Shown: positions 9,634 through 19,482 of the stretch, in pieces
How the letters are laid out: each line of letters opens with the position of its first letter
Numbering within the stretch: the first letter of the stretch is position 1
Sequence record: LR756511.1
Direction: 5' to 3' (one strand)
Length of the DNA: 64,000 nucleotides
The notes under the pieces: generated by a model
The model's database searches: none
Told to the model about the DNA's origin: nothing
Seen by the model: the letters and a program-made list of their open reading frames with translations, nothing else
Translations under genes and position numbers: made by a program

Positions 9634-10135
9634 TTGGCACCTCTACCTTTCCTTGAAATGGTCTAATTGGATATAAAGGACAATTTGTAATGTTGCACAG
9701 CTTCACTTCTTTGCTATCCCAATTAGAGCATTCCAGACATTTTAGCTTTATACAAGCCTTAGCACTACCCTTCTGAGCCTTCTGGACAATGGGCAGAAAT
9801 CGCTTTGGCGTTTCCAGCTTTAATCGCTTAAAGGTTTCCGCGAACGCTTTCATCTTTGCGCTACGCGGGGTGCGATTGCGAGGGACACCGCCACCACCAA
9901 GACCGCCAGGATTGCCACGCTTCCCAGGCTGGGTTTTGTAAACAATTCCTAGCTCTTTAGCTCGCTGGTATGCAACCGCCGCCGTTAGGGGACGGGGTTG
10001 CATATTCTTTCCCCAATCGCTTTGCTCTACCGCTTTCCATAAAGCAGATGGATTCTCAAACGTCTGTGCAGCTTCAAGGTCAGTAACGACTTTTTGAAAT
10101 TCACCTTTGTTAATTTCTAGTTTAGTCCTAGCCAT
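9602..10135 (-). CDS. Basic protein with C-terminal Cys4 Zn-binding motif
   Basis: KCLECS...EVKLC...CPLYP. Confidence 0.65.
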   Translation of the reverse strand: MARTKLEINKGEFQKVVTDLEAAQTFENPSALWKAVEQSDWGKNMQPRPLTAAVAYQRAKELGIVYKTQPGKRGNPGGLGGGGVPRNRTPRSAKMKAFAETFKRLKLETPKRFLPIVQKAQKGSAKACIKLKCLECSNWDSKEVKLCNITNCPLYPIRPFQGKVEVPNDGEGATAAT

Positions 10136-10136
10136 T

Positions 10137-10322
10137 TCATTCCTTGGTTAAGTCCTTATGACATTTGCAACACAGCTTAATCTCGCTTAGAACAATTACG
10201 GCACGAAAGATACGGCTGAACTTGATGGTATCGGGCGGCAGCGTATTAAAGCATTCACGACAATATTTATCATCGTTATACTTAAACCCGACAACATCAA
10301 GTCCAGCCGCACCTAGATTCAT
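10137..10322 (-). CDS. Small Cys-rich protein
   Basis: YCREC...CCKCH. Confidence 0.5.
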   Translation of the reverse strand: MNLGAAGLDVVGFKYNDDKYCRECFNTLPPDTIKFSRIFRAVIVLSEIKLCCKCHKDLTKE

Positions 10323-10729
10323 GATCGCAACGTTTTAATGGCGTCCTTCCAAACGTTTGTAAGTGCCTTGTAATGATCCTTCACAAGCTTCTCGGACGAG
10401 TCAATCTTCATAAACTTGTCAAGAACCTTACAAGTGAAGGACAGACCATAGGGCGCACCCGCGTCTAGCGGCCCATTATAAGGATCAGAAGTGGGATGCC
10501 TAATGCCAAGCCCCTCTGTTGCCGTCCAAAAATTCCCATAAAGCTGCCCAAGGATGCACGCCTTATCTCCATTTCCTTCGTGCGCCTTTTCTTCATAAAG
10601 ATCAAGCTTGTTCAACTTGATCTTTTTATACCAGCCAGGGCACTTCTTGTTCAGAAGCTTGACGCCCTTCTGGACACGGCTTTCCATCTGTTCCTGCGTT
10701 ACAATCAGCTTTGTCTTAAGAGCAACCAT
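10319..10729 (-). CDS. Hypothetical phage protein
   Basis: Abuts the rIIA stop; CILGQLYG motif. Confidence 0.6.
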   Translation of the reverse strand: MVALKTKLIVTQEQMESRVQKGVKLLNKKCPGWYKKIKLNKLDLYEEKAHEGNGDKACILGQLYGNFWTATEGLGIRHPTSDPYNGPLDAGAPYGLSFTCKVLDKFMKIDSSEKLVKDHYKALTNVWKDAIKTLRS

Positions 10730-12864
10730 TACACCGCTTCCTTTCGCATGAGTTCCGCGTCAAGGATTCGATTATCCATAGCGCGAATATACTCAGAAAC
10801 ACTTTGAATAAAGTTATCACGACCATACCGATACCATTCCAGACATTCAAACAGAGGATAAACCTCGCTTAATTCCTGTTCTTCCTTCGACAGAGCATAG
10901 AGATCAGTGGTTTCAGGAATTACAAACGAATTCTTCACGCACTGATTAAGGGCAATAACCGCCTGAACTTCCGCATTCGTGATGGACGCTTCCTTAGCGT
11001 TTTTCAGCTTTTCAAGGAACTGCCCAAACTTCGAATACTCTTCGAATTGCTCATTCACGAACTTATCATACCGCTCCGTATGGGAAACCTCTTCATAACG
11101 GCGAGCATTATGAATGTTCTCAATATGCTTCGGCATTTCCATATTCAGAACCGAATTAACATAATCGTCAAACTTAATCCAACGATTCTTATACTTCTCC
11201 ATCTTCGGAAGATCAGCGGGACGAATCGCCAGCAATTTGAAATCGGGACGGAGAGCAAGCAATGCCTTGTAAACACGCTTGATTTCCTGCGGACCCCGCT
11301 TGAAGGTGCCGCCGCTCCCATTGTCCTCTACGATTTGACCGTAGGAGACAACAACATATACGCCGCCGTCTCGCAAGTCAACCTCAAGATTCTGCCACCA
11401 ATCGACCATGTAATTCGAATCGGTTGGGTTATACTGCTGAACGACGGTTCGCTTCGTAACTCCGCGTCCACCACCACTATACCTACGCGCTTCACGTTCG
11501 GGAACAGGCAGGGAAGATGCCAGGATAGCAACTTCACCAATACCAGTTTCTTCAAGGAATGCCGCGTCAACACCGCTAATCATGTATGCTGACCGTCCAA
11601 TCACATTGGCAACATGATTACGGATACGAGGCCAGCCCCCACGCTCCAGATCATTAACAAAGATAGTCGTTCCATCGCAAATGATCGACTCTTCATCCCG
11701 ACGACGATAAGCTTCCTTGCGACGGTAAACCATCTCCAATTTCGGATACTTTTCGCTCGCACGATCAACAGTCGGCATCGTCTTCTGCACAGTCGCATGG
11801 AATTGGATAACTTGAGAAATTTCCTTTCCATGATAATTAATCGAATCGAGGCTGCGCACCTTGCCGAGAATGCTATGCTTGATATCGTGAAGCATACGGC
11901 GAGCCTGCCACACCGTAGGCACTTGCGACACCTGAGCTTCCAACTCTTCCTTAATCGACTGAATCGCTTCCGCCAAATACTTCTTAACGTTAGCGATAGT
12001 CTTTTCAGTCAGAGACAGCTTTTCACGGCTGGGAACGAATTCAACATCCCCAATATCAACAAAGAGATCAACACCCCAATCCAGAACCGCACGCTCAATA
12101 TCGTTGATCTTATTGTAGGTGAAATCGTCCGCATCAACAGGATACGCGACGTTGCTCATAATAACGAGCGAACCATTCTGGCGTTCCTTACGAATACCAT
12201 AACGATCCGTTTTGTGGAGATATTCGTGCGACTCAAATTCGAAATTTGCCTCTCCAATGACTCGCGGGCGCAACTTAAACCAACTCAGAACCTCTGCCGC
12301 CTTGCCAGCAAATTCACGATAATCCGATTCCTTAACAGGAAACTCAATCTTCATCCCATTTGGTTCGTCCGTCTCGCACGATCCAAGCGGAGTAATCGAC
12401 GGTTGCCCTTCCGCGTCCATGAAGACGGCATAACTATACTTCAAGCCGTTGTAATTGCTTTCAACGGTGAAGTTATCGGTATAAGACAGCGGAGACTTTG
12501 AACCGAGGCCCAAGCAACCAGTATAATCGTCTGAATTGCTCTTATTGGAATCGCAGAAAGTGATATAGATTCCATCTTCCCCACAGATTTGATCGGGGGA
12601 AAGACCAGTGCCGAAATCACGCACATAGAAATAAGGCTCAAGATCACTAGGAAGGTGAACTTCGAAAGGAGCATCCGCCTTGCCAGCCGCAATATGACTA
12701 TCATTTGCGTTGGTGGACAATTCGCGGATAATGGCGCGAACCTTGTCAGAATACAAGTCGCCATAAAGAAGCTTGAACGACTGACGGTTAATCTTAACTC
12801 GGAACTTGTGAGAAACCAGATTCTCGGAAAGGAAAACGTTACCGACCTTCTGCTCAAGCTTCAT
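10729..12864 (-). CDS. rIIA: T4 rIIA-like protein (GHKL ATPase N-terminus)
   Basis: LYSDKVRAIIRELSTNANDSH, VRDFGTGLS, GCLGLGSKSP, PSREKLS. Confidence 0.9.
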   Translation of the reverse strand: MKLEQKVGNVFLSENLVSHKFRVKINRQSFKLLYGDLYSDKVRAIIRELSTNANDSHIAAGKADAPFEVHLPSDLEPYFYVRDFGTGLSPDQICGEDGIYITFCDSNKSNSDDYTGCLGLGSKSPLSYTDNFTVESNYNGLKYSYAVFMDAEGQPSITPLGSCETDEPNGMKIEFPVKESDYREFAGKAAEVLSWFKLRPRVIGEANFEFESHEYLHKTDRYGIRKERQNGSLVIMSNVAYPVDADDFTYNKINDIERAVLDWGVDLFVDIGDVEFVPSREKLSLTEKTIANVKKYLAEAIQSIKEELEAQVSQVPTVWQARRMLHDIKHSILGKVRSLDSINYHGKEISQVIQFHATVQKTMPTVDRASEKYPKLEMVYRRKEAYRRRDEESIICDGTTIFVNDLERGGWPRIRNHVANVIGRSAYMISGVDAAFLEETGIGEVAILASSLPVPEREARRYSGGGRGVTKRTVVQQYNPTDSNYMVDWWQNLEVDLRDGGVYVVVSYGQIVEDNGSGGTFKRGPQEIKRVYKALLALRPDFKLLAIRPADLPKMEKYKNRWIKFDDYVNSVLNMEMPKHIENIHNARRYEEVSHTERYDKFVNEQFEEYSKFGQFLEKLKNAKEASITNAEVQAVIALNQCVKNSFVIPETTDLYALSKEEQELSEVYPLFECLEWYRYGRDNFIQSVSEYIRAMDNRILDAELMRKEAV

Positions 12865-12912
12865 AAGACTTTCTCCTAATTTCAGGTTTGACGTTATTGC
12901 CTATCGCTATAA

Positions 12913-12924
12913 GTACAGCTGCAA
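12913..12924 (-). promoter_or_regulatory. Repeated near-palindromic motif upstream of rIIA
   Basis: GTACAGCTGCAA on + strand; recurs upstream of several genes. Confidence 0.55.
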
Positions 12925-13164
12925 CTCAATTCGCCCACGCTCTTATTATAAGCAAAAGAATCTTTAGTGCGACTACTGTTAAAAAGAACACAACAAAACC
13001 ACGCAAATACCAGGGACGGTTAGGCTCCATTCTCAACCTCTGTTATAGCCTTCCATAGAAAGTGGTATGGCGCTTCGTCATAACTTTGAGAATCACGCCA
13101 TTCTTTTTCTTGTTCGCAAGTAAGGCAATGCATCGCCTTCTTAGAAGCTTCAAGTAATTGAAGA

Positions 13165-13204
13165 ATAACGGGACTAGCCGTTATTTCGCGGCTAGTCCCG
13201 TTAT
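13165..13204 (-). terminator. Perfect 16-bp inverted repeat just after rIIB
   Basis: ATAACGGGACTAGCCG-8nt-CGGCTAGTCCCGTTAT. Confidence 0.75.
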
Positions 13205-13209
13205 CTTTC

Positions 13210-14118
13210 TTAGTAGTCTTCATCTTCGTCTTCATCCTCATCGAAGTCTTCATCATCCTCATCAATATCCTCTTCCTCATCTTCGTCTTCATCGTCATCA
13301 ACAGGAAAACGATCATCCACCGAAGACATGGAAGACGGAGTAGGCGCCGCTGGAGGCGGGGAAGCTGGGGTATAGCTGGTTGGCGTAGTCTTATACAACT
13401 GCGCCACAAGCTCACCATCCATCTCGCCCACAACCGTATACTTACAGGTGCGACACTTCGTAAACTTTTCCTCAGAAGGAACGCTAACAACGTCCATCGG
13501 ATTCACTTCGACAATCATAATATGACCTTCCCCACGGTGGAAATCGGTCACATATTCGATAGCTCCGACGTGATAACCAGACGAACATTCCGTGCGCCAA
13601 TCATCGTCCACTTCGTTACGTTCCATCGTAGGAGTGTCACCGATCATATTACGGGTAGTGCCCGAATGCCAATCCATATAATCGGGACGAACCGACTTAT
13701 ACGCCAAAAAGCAACCATTCTCCGTAATAGGCAAGTTACGGTGAACAAGGAAGGAATAAAGTTCCTGCACCGCATGACGAGAGGTATTCTGCATCAGGTT
13801 ATCGAGGAACTTAACCATCGAATCGAAGGGGAACCCTTCACGCATCAAACTAAGGATGCGACGGGTGAGGCTGTTATCAAGCGACCGTCCCTTATAGGCG
13901 AGAACGCCCGCTTCAACCTTAATGTTGCCACCAGCGAAACGCTCGATACTCTTGGGGATATTACCCAGGCGTTCGATTTCCGCTCCATCCTTGCGGGAGA
14001 TAGCTTCCTTCACGCGCTCGTAATTGGGATTACTCTTGGCAAACGAGTAAGGCTTACCGTTGACGAACACGGTAACATTGCCAGAATCGGTAAAGACGCA
14101 GCTGAACGGAATAGACAT
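13210..14118 (-). CDS. rIIB: T4 rIIB-like protein with acidic C-terminal tail
   Basis: FLDNLMQN.S..AV.ELY.FL...LPITENG.FLAYK.V, C..GYHVG, VNPMDVVSVP; start reassigned to ATG 14118 behind AGGAG. Confidence 0.9.
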   Translation of the reverse strand: MSIPFSCVFTDSGNVTVFVNGKPYSFAKSNPNYERVKEAISRKDGAEIERLGNIPKSIERFAGGNIKVEAGVLAYKGRSLDNSLTRRILSLMREGFPFDSMVKFLDNLMQNTSRHAVQELYSFLVHRNLPITENGCFLAYKSVRPDYMDWHSGTTRNMIGDTPTMERNEVDDDWRTECSSGYHVGAIEYVTDFHRGEGHIMIVEVNPMDVVSVPSEEKFTKCRTCKYTVVGEMDGELVAQLYKTTPTSYTPASPPPAAPTPSSMSSVDDRFPVDDDEDEDEEEDIDEDDEDFDEDEDEDEDY

Positions 14119-14162
14119 TAACTCACTCCTTAAAACGTTGTTTTGATTTGACGACGTAGCGG

Positions 14163-14174
14163 GTACAGCTTCAA
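14163..14174 (-). promoter_or_regulatory. Motif copy upstream of rIIB
   Basis: GTACAGCTTCAA. Confidence 0.5.
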
Positions 14175-14226
14175 CTTGCCTTTGATTTGGCCTAGAAGAA
14201 TCGTCCAGCCGCACCTTGTCTACTTC

Positions 14227-14254
14227 ACTTTACTACAGATTCTCGTTTTGTAAA
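14227..14254 (-). promoter_or_regulatory. Sigma70-like promoter for rIIB
   Basis: TTTACA-N16-TAAAGT. Confidence 0.4.
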
Positions 14255-14281
14255 ATCGTTGCGACTGACACAACTGACGTT

Positions 14282-14293
14282 GTACAGCTGTAA
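14282..14293 (-). promoter_or_regulatory. Second motif copy upstream of rIIB
   Basis: GTACAGCTGTAA with perfect palindromic core TACAGCTGTA. Confidence 0.5.
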
Positions 14294-14310
14294 ATTCTAT
14301 CGAGTTGGGT

Positions 14311-15036
14311 CTACACCAGCAATCCACGTATTTCGCTTTCTTTGAGGATTTTGTCAACTTCATGGTCACGAACATGACGCACGAAATCATCAACAAACTT
14401 GAACGTTTGAACAGGTCTATTCTTATACTGGCATGTTTGCATGAATGCCACGAAATCATCTGACAGGAATCTTGTGATATTATACACTGGTACACCTACG
14501 CTCAACGCAACTATACCCATGCCGCTCGGACAACCAACATGAAAGCGAGCATTTGCCATTGTGTGTATGATATAGTCCAATGGCTTCATCCCACCAACAT
14601 CAATGGGGTTAAACCCTAAATCAATTAATTGCTTTCGAAGGTAATGCACCCGATCTAATGGCAAATTCTTTAAATTGCTTAAGTGCCTGCCGTCAAATTG
14701 ATAAGTCACAATGTTACTTCTACGAGCGTTAAGCCATTTTTCTTTAGTTCTGAACCATTTTACTATAAATGGGTCACAATAACGCAGTCGTCGCTGTTGT
14801 AGTCCTGCTGTTGGAAAATTAACAAATTCAACTATGCCTTTAGCGTCCAGGTGGGGAACAATTGAAAGTACGATTGATCGAAATTGTGCAGAATGGTGAT
14901 ACATCTTTGCTGGCAAACCCGTTTCCTGTGAAACTCTAAGCAGGAAATTGGCAATCGCCCACATATCACCGAAATTACAGTCCTGATAGGTCCAAAGACA
15001 ATCTTTCCATGCGTATTTTCTTGTTTTCAGCATCAA
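14311..15036 (-). CDS. Putative glycosyltransferase (GT-B fold, GT9-like)
   Basis: NFGD near N-terminus; ARFHVGCPSGMGIVALSVGVP. Confidence 0.55.
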   Translation of the reverse strand: MMLKTRKYAWKDCLWTYQDCNFGDMWAIANFLLRVSQETGLPAKMYHHSAQFRSIVLSIVPHLDAKGIVEFVNFPTAGLQQRRLRYCDPFIVKWFRTKEKWLNARRSNIVTYQFDGRHLSNLKNLPLDRVHYLRKQLIDLGFNPIDVGGMKPLDYIIHTMANARFHVGCPSGMGIVALSVGVPVYNITRFLSDDFVAFMQTCQYKNRPVQTFKFVDDFVRHVRDHEVDKILKESEIRGLLV

Positions 15037-15536
15037 ACTATTAATGATGCAGCACGATCTTTTTCCGACACAATGTAATTATCAGCGACAGGCCATTTCA
15101 CGCCGACTTTCGGATCGTCAAATCGTATTGCGCGTTCAATATTTGGATTGTACAATGCATCCTGTCCATATAAAATCATCGAATCGTCCTCAAGGGACAT
15201 GAACCCATGCCCACAGCCCGCAGGAATAAAAAATGATTTATTATCGCTTTCACACAATTCAACACCATACCACTGAAGATAAGTCGGGGAGCCTTCCCTT
15301 GTATCAACAACCACGTCAAACACTCGTCCCTTGATGCAATGCACCAGTTTGGCAAATGGAACAACGTGAACGCCCCGAATGACATTCTTGCTAGATTTTG
15401 AGCAATTTAACTGGATACAGGGGAAATGAGGAAAAAGCTGCTGTGAGTACAATACTTCGAAAAAGCCTCGCTGATCTCGGTAACGATCTATTTCGTAAAT
15501 CACAGCCCCTAAAACATTTACAGTTGTTGCCTTCAT
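15033..15536 (-). CDS. rmlC: dTDP-4-dehydrorhamnose 3,5-epimerase
   Basis: DQRGFF, NVIRGVH, KLVHC..G..FDVVVD.R.GSPT, IPAGCGHGF. Confidence 0.92.
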   Translation of the reverse strand: MKATTVNVLGAVIYEIDRYRDQRGFFEVLYSQQLFPHFPCIQLNCSKSSKNVIRGVHVVPFAKLVHCIKGRVFDVVVDTREGSPTYLQWYGVELCESDNKSFFIPAGCGHGFMSLEDDSMILYGQDALYNPNIERAIRFDDPKVGVKWPVADNYIVSEKDRAASLIV

Positions 15537-15835
15537 GGTATCTCCAAAATGCGCACAGTATGGTAGCTATTGGTAGTAAGAGTGTGGGTTATTGTATTCT
15601 TGTACAATCAGAAGTAACTTATCCCCTCTTTCCACTATCTCTGTCTCAAACTCACAAGTTTCCTTCAAGAATTTAGCAAATTTGGTAACAGCTTCACGTT
15701 CAGACCAATTGAACGTAAGTTCCATTTTAGGTGAAGATTCTGGAACATCTACCCATAAAGCGGGATTGGCAATTTCGAGAACGGTAAAACATTGCTGGTA
15801 GCTTTTCCCAGGCAAAATAAACGATTACATCCTGC

Positions 15836-16138
15836 TCAAGCTCCGTTGGAGTCATTTGGTCGATCTTCTGACGTAGCTCGCTCCAATTCATTTGGCTTTT
15901 CCTTTAAGACAGTCCATTTGGTGAAAAAAAGCTGATCGTTTTTAATCTCGCCGTCCAAAAGCACTTCACAACCGATAAGTCGATCTAAATTCTCGCCACT
16001 AAGCTTTAAAGAGCCTGTAGCTGTTACTAAAACGCGGTCACAAGTGACAGTGCCATAATGCTTTGTCACTTGTGAATTTGTTATTAAACCGCTTCTAGTT
16101 CCCGTGTAATGTCTTGTAGATTTTCTTCCGCAGCACAT
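15836..16138 (-). CDS. Hypothetical protein
   Basis: TAAATA immediately upstream; MCCGRK start. Confidence 0.5.
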   Translation of the reverse strand: MCCGRKSTRHYTGTRSGLITNSQVTKHYGTVTCDRVLVTATGSLKLSGENLDRLIGCEVLLDGEIKNDQLFFTKWTVLKEKPNELERATSEDRPNDSNGA

Positions 16139-16154
16139 GCATTATTTAGGTATT

Positions 16155-16412
16155 TCACTCCATTAGTTCCTTTAATTCCTTATCGGATAATTGCCATTTC
16201 TTGCACTCTTCTAACGCCTCTTCGACCGTCATTTGATCGGGACGTTTCACATGCTCCCATTGCTTCGGGTCTTTAATCTCAATCGTTCTAACCGCTATAA
16301 GGCGATTACCGAAGTTCTGAGAGACAATAAATGCCCATTCGATATTATCCTTACGACGGATAATGTCTCCTGGTCCTAATGCCTTAAATTCATCCTTATT
16401 CAAGTTTAGCAC
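16155..16412 (-). CDS. Hypothetical protein
   Basis: Overlaps the Clp-N gene. Confidence 0.55.
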   Translation of the reverse strand: MLNLNKDEFKALGPGDIIRRKDNIEWAFIVSQNFGNRLIAVRTIEIKDPKQWEHVKRPDQMTVEEALEECKKWQLSDKELKELME

Positions 16413-17022
16413 TCCTAAGATCGCTTAAAAGATGGCCAATATCCCTGAGAGTCATATCATGATAGAGGCGAATCATGTCAGCTTCAGCATCATAATGACC
16501 CACAGGTGTACTATCAGTTGTTATAGCATAAACCGACTTCCCAAACAACTGACTAGGCTGAAAAGTAAATTTTGTTTCTGTTTCACCAATCAATAAATGA
16601 ACATTAACCTTAAGTTCACCTATTAACGTCTTGCTAAAACTGTTTAGAATTGTATAAGCGGCAGAATCTATGCCCTCCAGAATTGCTAACAACAGATGTT
16701 CCGTGCCAACATAATTGTGATGTAATCGTCCTGCGATAGCTAAAGCCGTCCTAAATAAGTCTTTAGTTCGCGGAGTGTATATGTCGATAATACCATGCCA
16801 AAGACGACCATTCCCAGGCTGGGTTTGCTTCTTTGTTTCTTCTCTAATCTTCTGTGCGGTAATTTCGTAATTGTTTAAGGCGTGGTGAGCAACGCCAGAA
16901 GACTCTTTGGCTAAACCATATAAAATATGCTCGGTGCCAACTGCATCCGCACCCTGCTCTGTCGCTTCTGTTTTAGCATAAGCAACAACTTTACGGCTGC
17001 GGTCGGTAAACTTTTCAAACAT
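16396..17022 (-). CDS. Stand-alone ClpC-type N-terminal (double Clp_N) domain protein
   Basis: MFEKFTDRSRKVV..A..EA...VGTEHILYGL and HNYVGTEHLLLAIL repeats; no AAA module. Confidence 0.85.
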   Translation of the reverse strand: MFEKFTDRSRKVVAYAKTEATEQGADAVGTEHILYGLAKESSGVAHHALNNYEITAQKIREETKKQTQPGNGRLWHGIIDIYTPRTKDLFRTALAIAGRLHHNYVGTEHLLLAILEGIDSAAYTILNSFSKTLIGELKVNVHLLIGETETKFTFQPSQLFGKSVYAITTDSTPVGHYDAEADMIRLYHDMTLRDIGHLLSDLRSAKLE

Positions 17023-17033
17023 CTTTGTCCCCT

Positions 17034-17231
17034 CTATGAATAAGCATCTATTTTTTCCTCAAACTGTTGCGAAGCAACAGTTTCCAGATGAAAGTATTTG
17101 CCTTCTTGATTTCGCTTGTACACGCGGACCCAACCATCTCCCTGATACCCACAAAAGAGAAATGGTGATTCCTTTCCTTCCACCTCAACTTCCTTTCCGT
17201 CAAAGGGACCGCCGTTTAATATAGTTTTCAT
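17034..17231 (-). CDS. Hypothetical phage protein
   Basis: ILNGGPFDGKEVEV motif. Confidence 0.55.
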   Translation of the reverse strand: MKTILNGGPFDGKEVEVEGKESPFLFCGYQGDGWVRVYKRNQEGKYFHLETVASQQFEEKIDAYS

Positions 17232-17752
17232 TATTTATTAAACCATTCCCAAAATGCGACCCATAACGCATCGCCATTATCCAACATTACGCGCCTTTTT
17301 TCAAGACTTCCATGCCCATCATAGCTGCTACAACCACGCTGGTAGCCGCTCCCAAGAAGAACTTGTTGGACTGGTTGTATGTCTAGGCGCCGATTCTTCC
17401 ATAATTGTGTATGAAACTCCCAATCCAGCAAATAATCAGGAGAATGATAATTGACGTTTTTGTAAACGTCCACATCGCCATTGACTAATAAAGCAATTGG
17501 CAACATGGCAAAATGCTCATATCTTGTATATGGACAGTTGTACATCAATTGAATAGGCTTTGTGTTAATATCAAACATCGCACAAGCAACCCAAGGATTC
17601 GGGTGGGCACAAGCGAGAGGAATGACCTTATCGGTGCCTGTGCCTTCCTCCGCTACCAAATATTCAGACGATCCATTCTGAATCATCTCGCACATAATAT
17701 CGCCGCAATCTGTTTTATAATGATTGCTGGGTGATTTAACAACCTTAATCAT
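17231..17752 (-). CDS. Hypothetical protein
   Basis: GAGG ribosome-binding site, packed. Confidence 0.6.
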   Translation of the reverse strand: MIKVVKSPSNHYKTDCGDIMCEMIQNGSSEYLVAEEGTGTDKVIPLACAHPNPWVACAMFDINTKPIQLMYNCPYTRYEHFAMLPIALLVNGDVDVYKNVNYHSPDYLLDWEFHTQLWKNRRLDIQPVQQVLLGSGYQRGCSSYDGHGSLEKRRVMLDNGDALWVAFWEWFNK

Positions 17753-17768
17753 GATAGCCTCTAAACTG

Positions 17769-17793
17769 AAACAGGCGGCTTAGCCGCCTGTTT
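17769..17793 (-). terminator. Hairpin after the AAA ATPase gene
   Basis: AAACAGGCGGC-3nt-GCCGCCTGTTT. Confidence 0.65.
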
Positions 17794-17799
17794 GTTTTG

Positions 17800-19482
17800 T
17801 TAGTATTGTTGCCCCGCCATATCATCCCCGCTATGTCTGAGTAACCCAAGATCAACTCTTGACATCTTAGGAAGCGGCATGGGCGTCGGTGGCGATAACA
17901 AGGAAGGAAGTAACCTGTTAAGCAATTCCTTCGCCAAGTGAACGTGTTCCGTAGCGATAGAAACTTGCTCTCTACGGCGTTCCAGAAGGCTAGCGTGAAG
18001 CTTCATAGCCTCTGCCGCTTCTAACAAATCCTCTTCCCGAACCTGTCCCTCAATATTGCCGCCATTAAGACGAGCAATAGCCGCAATCTTAGCACGTTCT
18101 GTTACTTCCCGAATAAAGGCGGGAATACGACCTGCAAGCTTTTCACCAATGTTCGTGAAGTTGGTGGACTGAGCGAACAGATTCCTACCGTACAGCTTCA
18201 CTAGCCGAATCGCTGCTTCTGTATCAGGCGGCTTAATTTCAACTAATGTGTCCAGTCTACCCATGCGGAGAAGTGCTGGATTAATGCTCTCGATATTGTT
18301 AGAGGTAAAGACAACCATAACTTCCTTGCCTTTAGTGTCGCAACCATCCATAATATTCAATATTTCATCCATGCTCAGAGAACGTTCACCCTCTAAAGCA
18401 CGGTCAATATCTTCAGCAAAGATAATTGCTGGAGCATATTGAGTTGCAAGCTGTAAACCGCGAGCAAGGTCCAGAACGCTTTCCAGATAAATAAAGGTAA
18501 AGCCGTGACGGATTCCCTTTAAAGCTGTAACCGTTGCTGTTAAAGTCTTACCACAGCCATAAGGACCGTGTAATAGGATACCGCGTTTGAGTGGGACGCC
18601 ATATTTACGGCAGGCCGCAGCGTATTCAATCGGAGTAAACAGACCGATCTTGAGAGCAGTTGCAACGTCATTGCCGAAAACAAGATCGGTTTCAGCAACG
18701 CCTTCAAGGGAGATAAACTTGGGGCAATGATCCATTGGAGCATACTTCTGCCCTTTACGTTCCCAAGCAAATCCAACCTTAATCGCCTGACCGCGATAAA
18801 TGGATCGGTCACGCAACAATTCTTCGGTCTTCTTTGCGATAGCGGCAATCTTATCTTTATATCTGTTCTTAATCTTGCCACTAATAGCAAACTTTGGTGT
18901 AGGAGCGGAGATTAATTCGGTTTCAAGGTGCCCGTCGATGCCAGGGACAATGATACGGCCCCACGGAACCTGAACGGTTTCCGTAACACTAATAGGCACG
19001 CCAACAAGGACGGGTGACCTTGGAGCGGTCATCATACTGCCAGGAACCGTAACCATATCCGACCAACCATGAATCTCTGTCAAAGCACGATGAAAGGCAA
19101 CCGCACCATCCAAAGGGGAGCAAGCAAAATCATAATGAATCGCAACTTCGCGGTCATCTTCTTCACGTTTACGCTTGAGCCATTCAATACCTTCGTCATG
19201 GCTCATGCCGCTCGGAAGAATGATTTGATTGCCATTACGAATCACTTCTACATCTTTACAAGTCATCGTCACTTTAGGTTCCTCTTTCGGTATTTCAATC
19301 TTTGGAAGGTCTTTTTTAGTTAATTCAGCGGTAGGCATCTGAATCATTCTAACATCATAAGAGTTTTTAGTAGAACGACCAAACGACTGAACGGTGAATT
19401 GCTGCTGATATTTTCTTTTTTCTTCGTAATAACCCCATAATGCTAACAGATCAGCCAAAAACTGTTCATCAGCTTTAGCCAT
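17800..19482 (-). CDS. AAA+ ATPase (single classical AAA module)
   Basis: Walker A GPYGCGKT, Walker B IIFAEDID, SRH PALLRMGRLD. Confidence 0.85.
   Translation of the reverse strand: MAKADEQFLADLLALWGYYEEKRKYQQQFTVQSFGRSTKNSYDVRMIQMPTAELTKKDLPKIEIPKEEPKVTMTCKDVEVIRNGNQIILPSGMSHDEGIEWLKRKREEDDREVAIHYDFACSPLDGAVAFHRALTEIHGWSDMVTVPGSMMTAPRSPVLVGVPISVTETVQVPWGRIIVPGIDGHLETELISAPTPKFAISGKIKNRYKDKIAAIAKKTEELLRDRSIYRGQAIKVGFAWERKGQKYAPMDHCPKFISLEGVAETDLVFGNDVATALKIGLFTPIEYAAACRKYGVPLKRGILLHGPYGCGKTLTATVTALKGIRHGFTFIYLESVLDLARGLQLATQYAPAIIFAEDIDRALEGERSLSMDEILNIMDGCDTKGKEVMVVFTSNNIESINPALLRMGRLDTLVEIKPPDTEAAIRLVKLYGRNLFAQSTNFTNIGEKLAGRIPAFIREVTERAKIAAIARLNGGNIEGQVREEDLLEAAEAMKLHASLLERRREQVSIATEHVHLAKELLNRLLPSLLSPPTPMPLPKMSRVDLGLLRHSGDDMAGQQY

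Noticed and set aside
11047-12879. Long + strand ORFs antisense to rIIA, and similar ones opposite pncA, ruvB, sigma and the ligase
   Set aside because: Shadow ORFs arising from the codon bias of the real genes; no motifs or ribosome-binding sites.
13020-13490. 156-aa ORF overlapping the rIIB tail
   Set aside because: Alternative frame of the acidic repeat that runs through the terminator hairpin; at most the last roughly 50 codons may be a real small gene.
14220-14495. 91-aa ORF between the glycosyltransferase and rIIB
   Set aside because: Overlaps the glycosyltransferase and covers the promoter and motif region; no protein-like features.
15825-15830. ATG-TAA start-stop minigene
   Set aside because: Only a weak ribosome-binding site, and the TAA is not suppressible by the CUA tRNA; likely chance.
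18190-18201. Further GTACAGCT matches inside genes (about 18190, 58782, 62270)
   Set aside because: They lie deep in coding sequence with poor flanks and are treated as chance.
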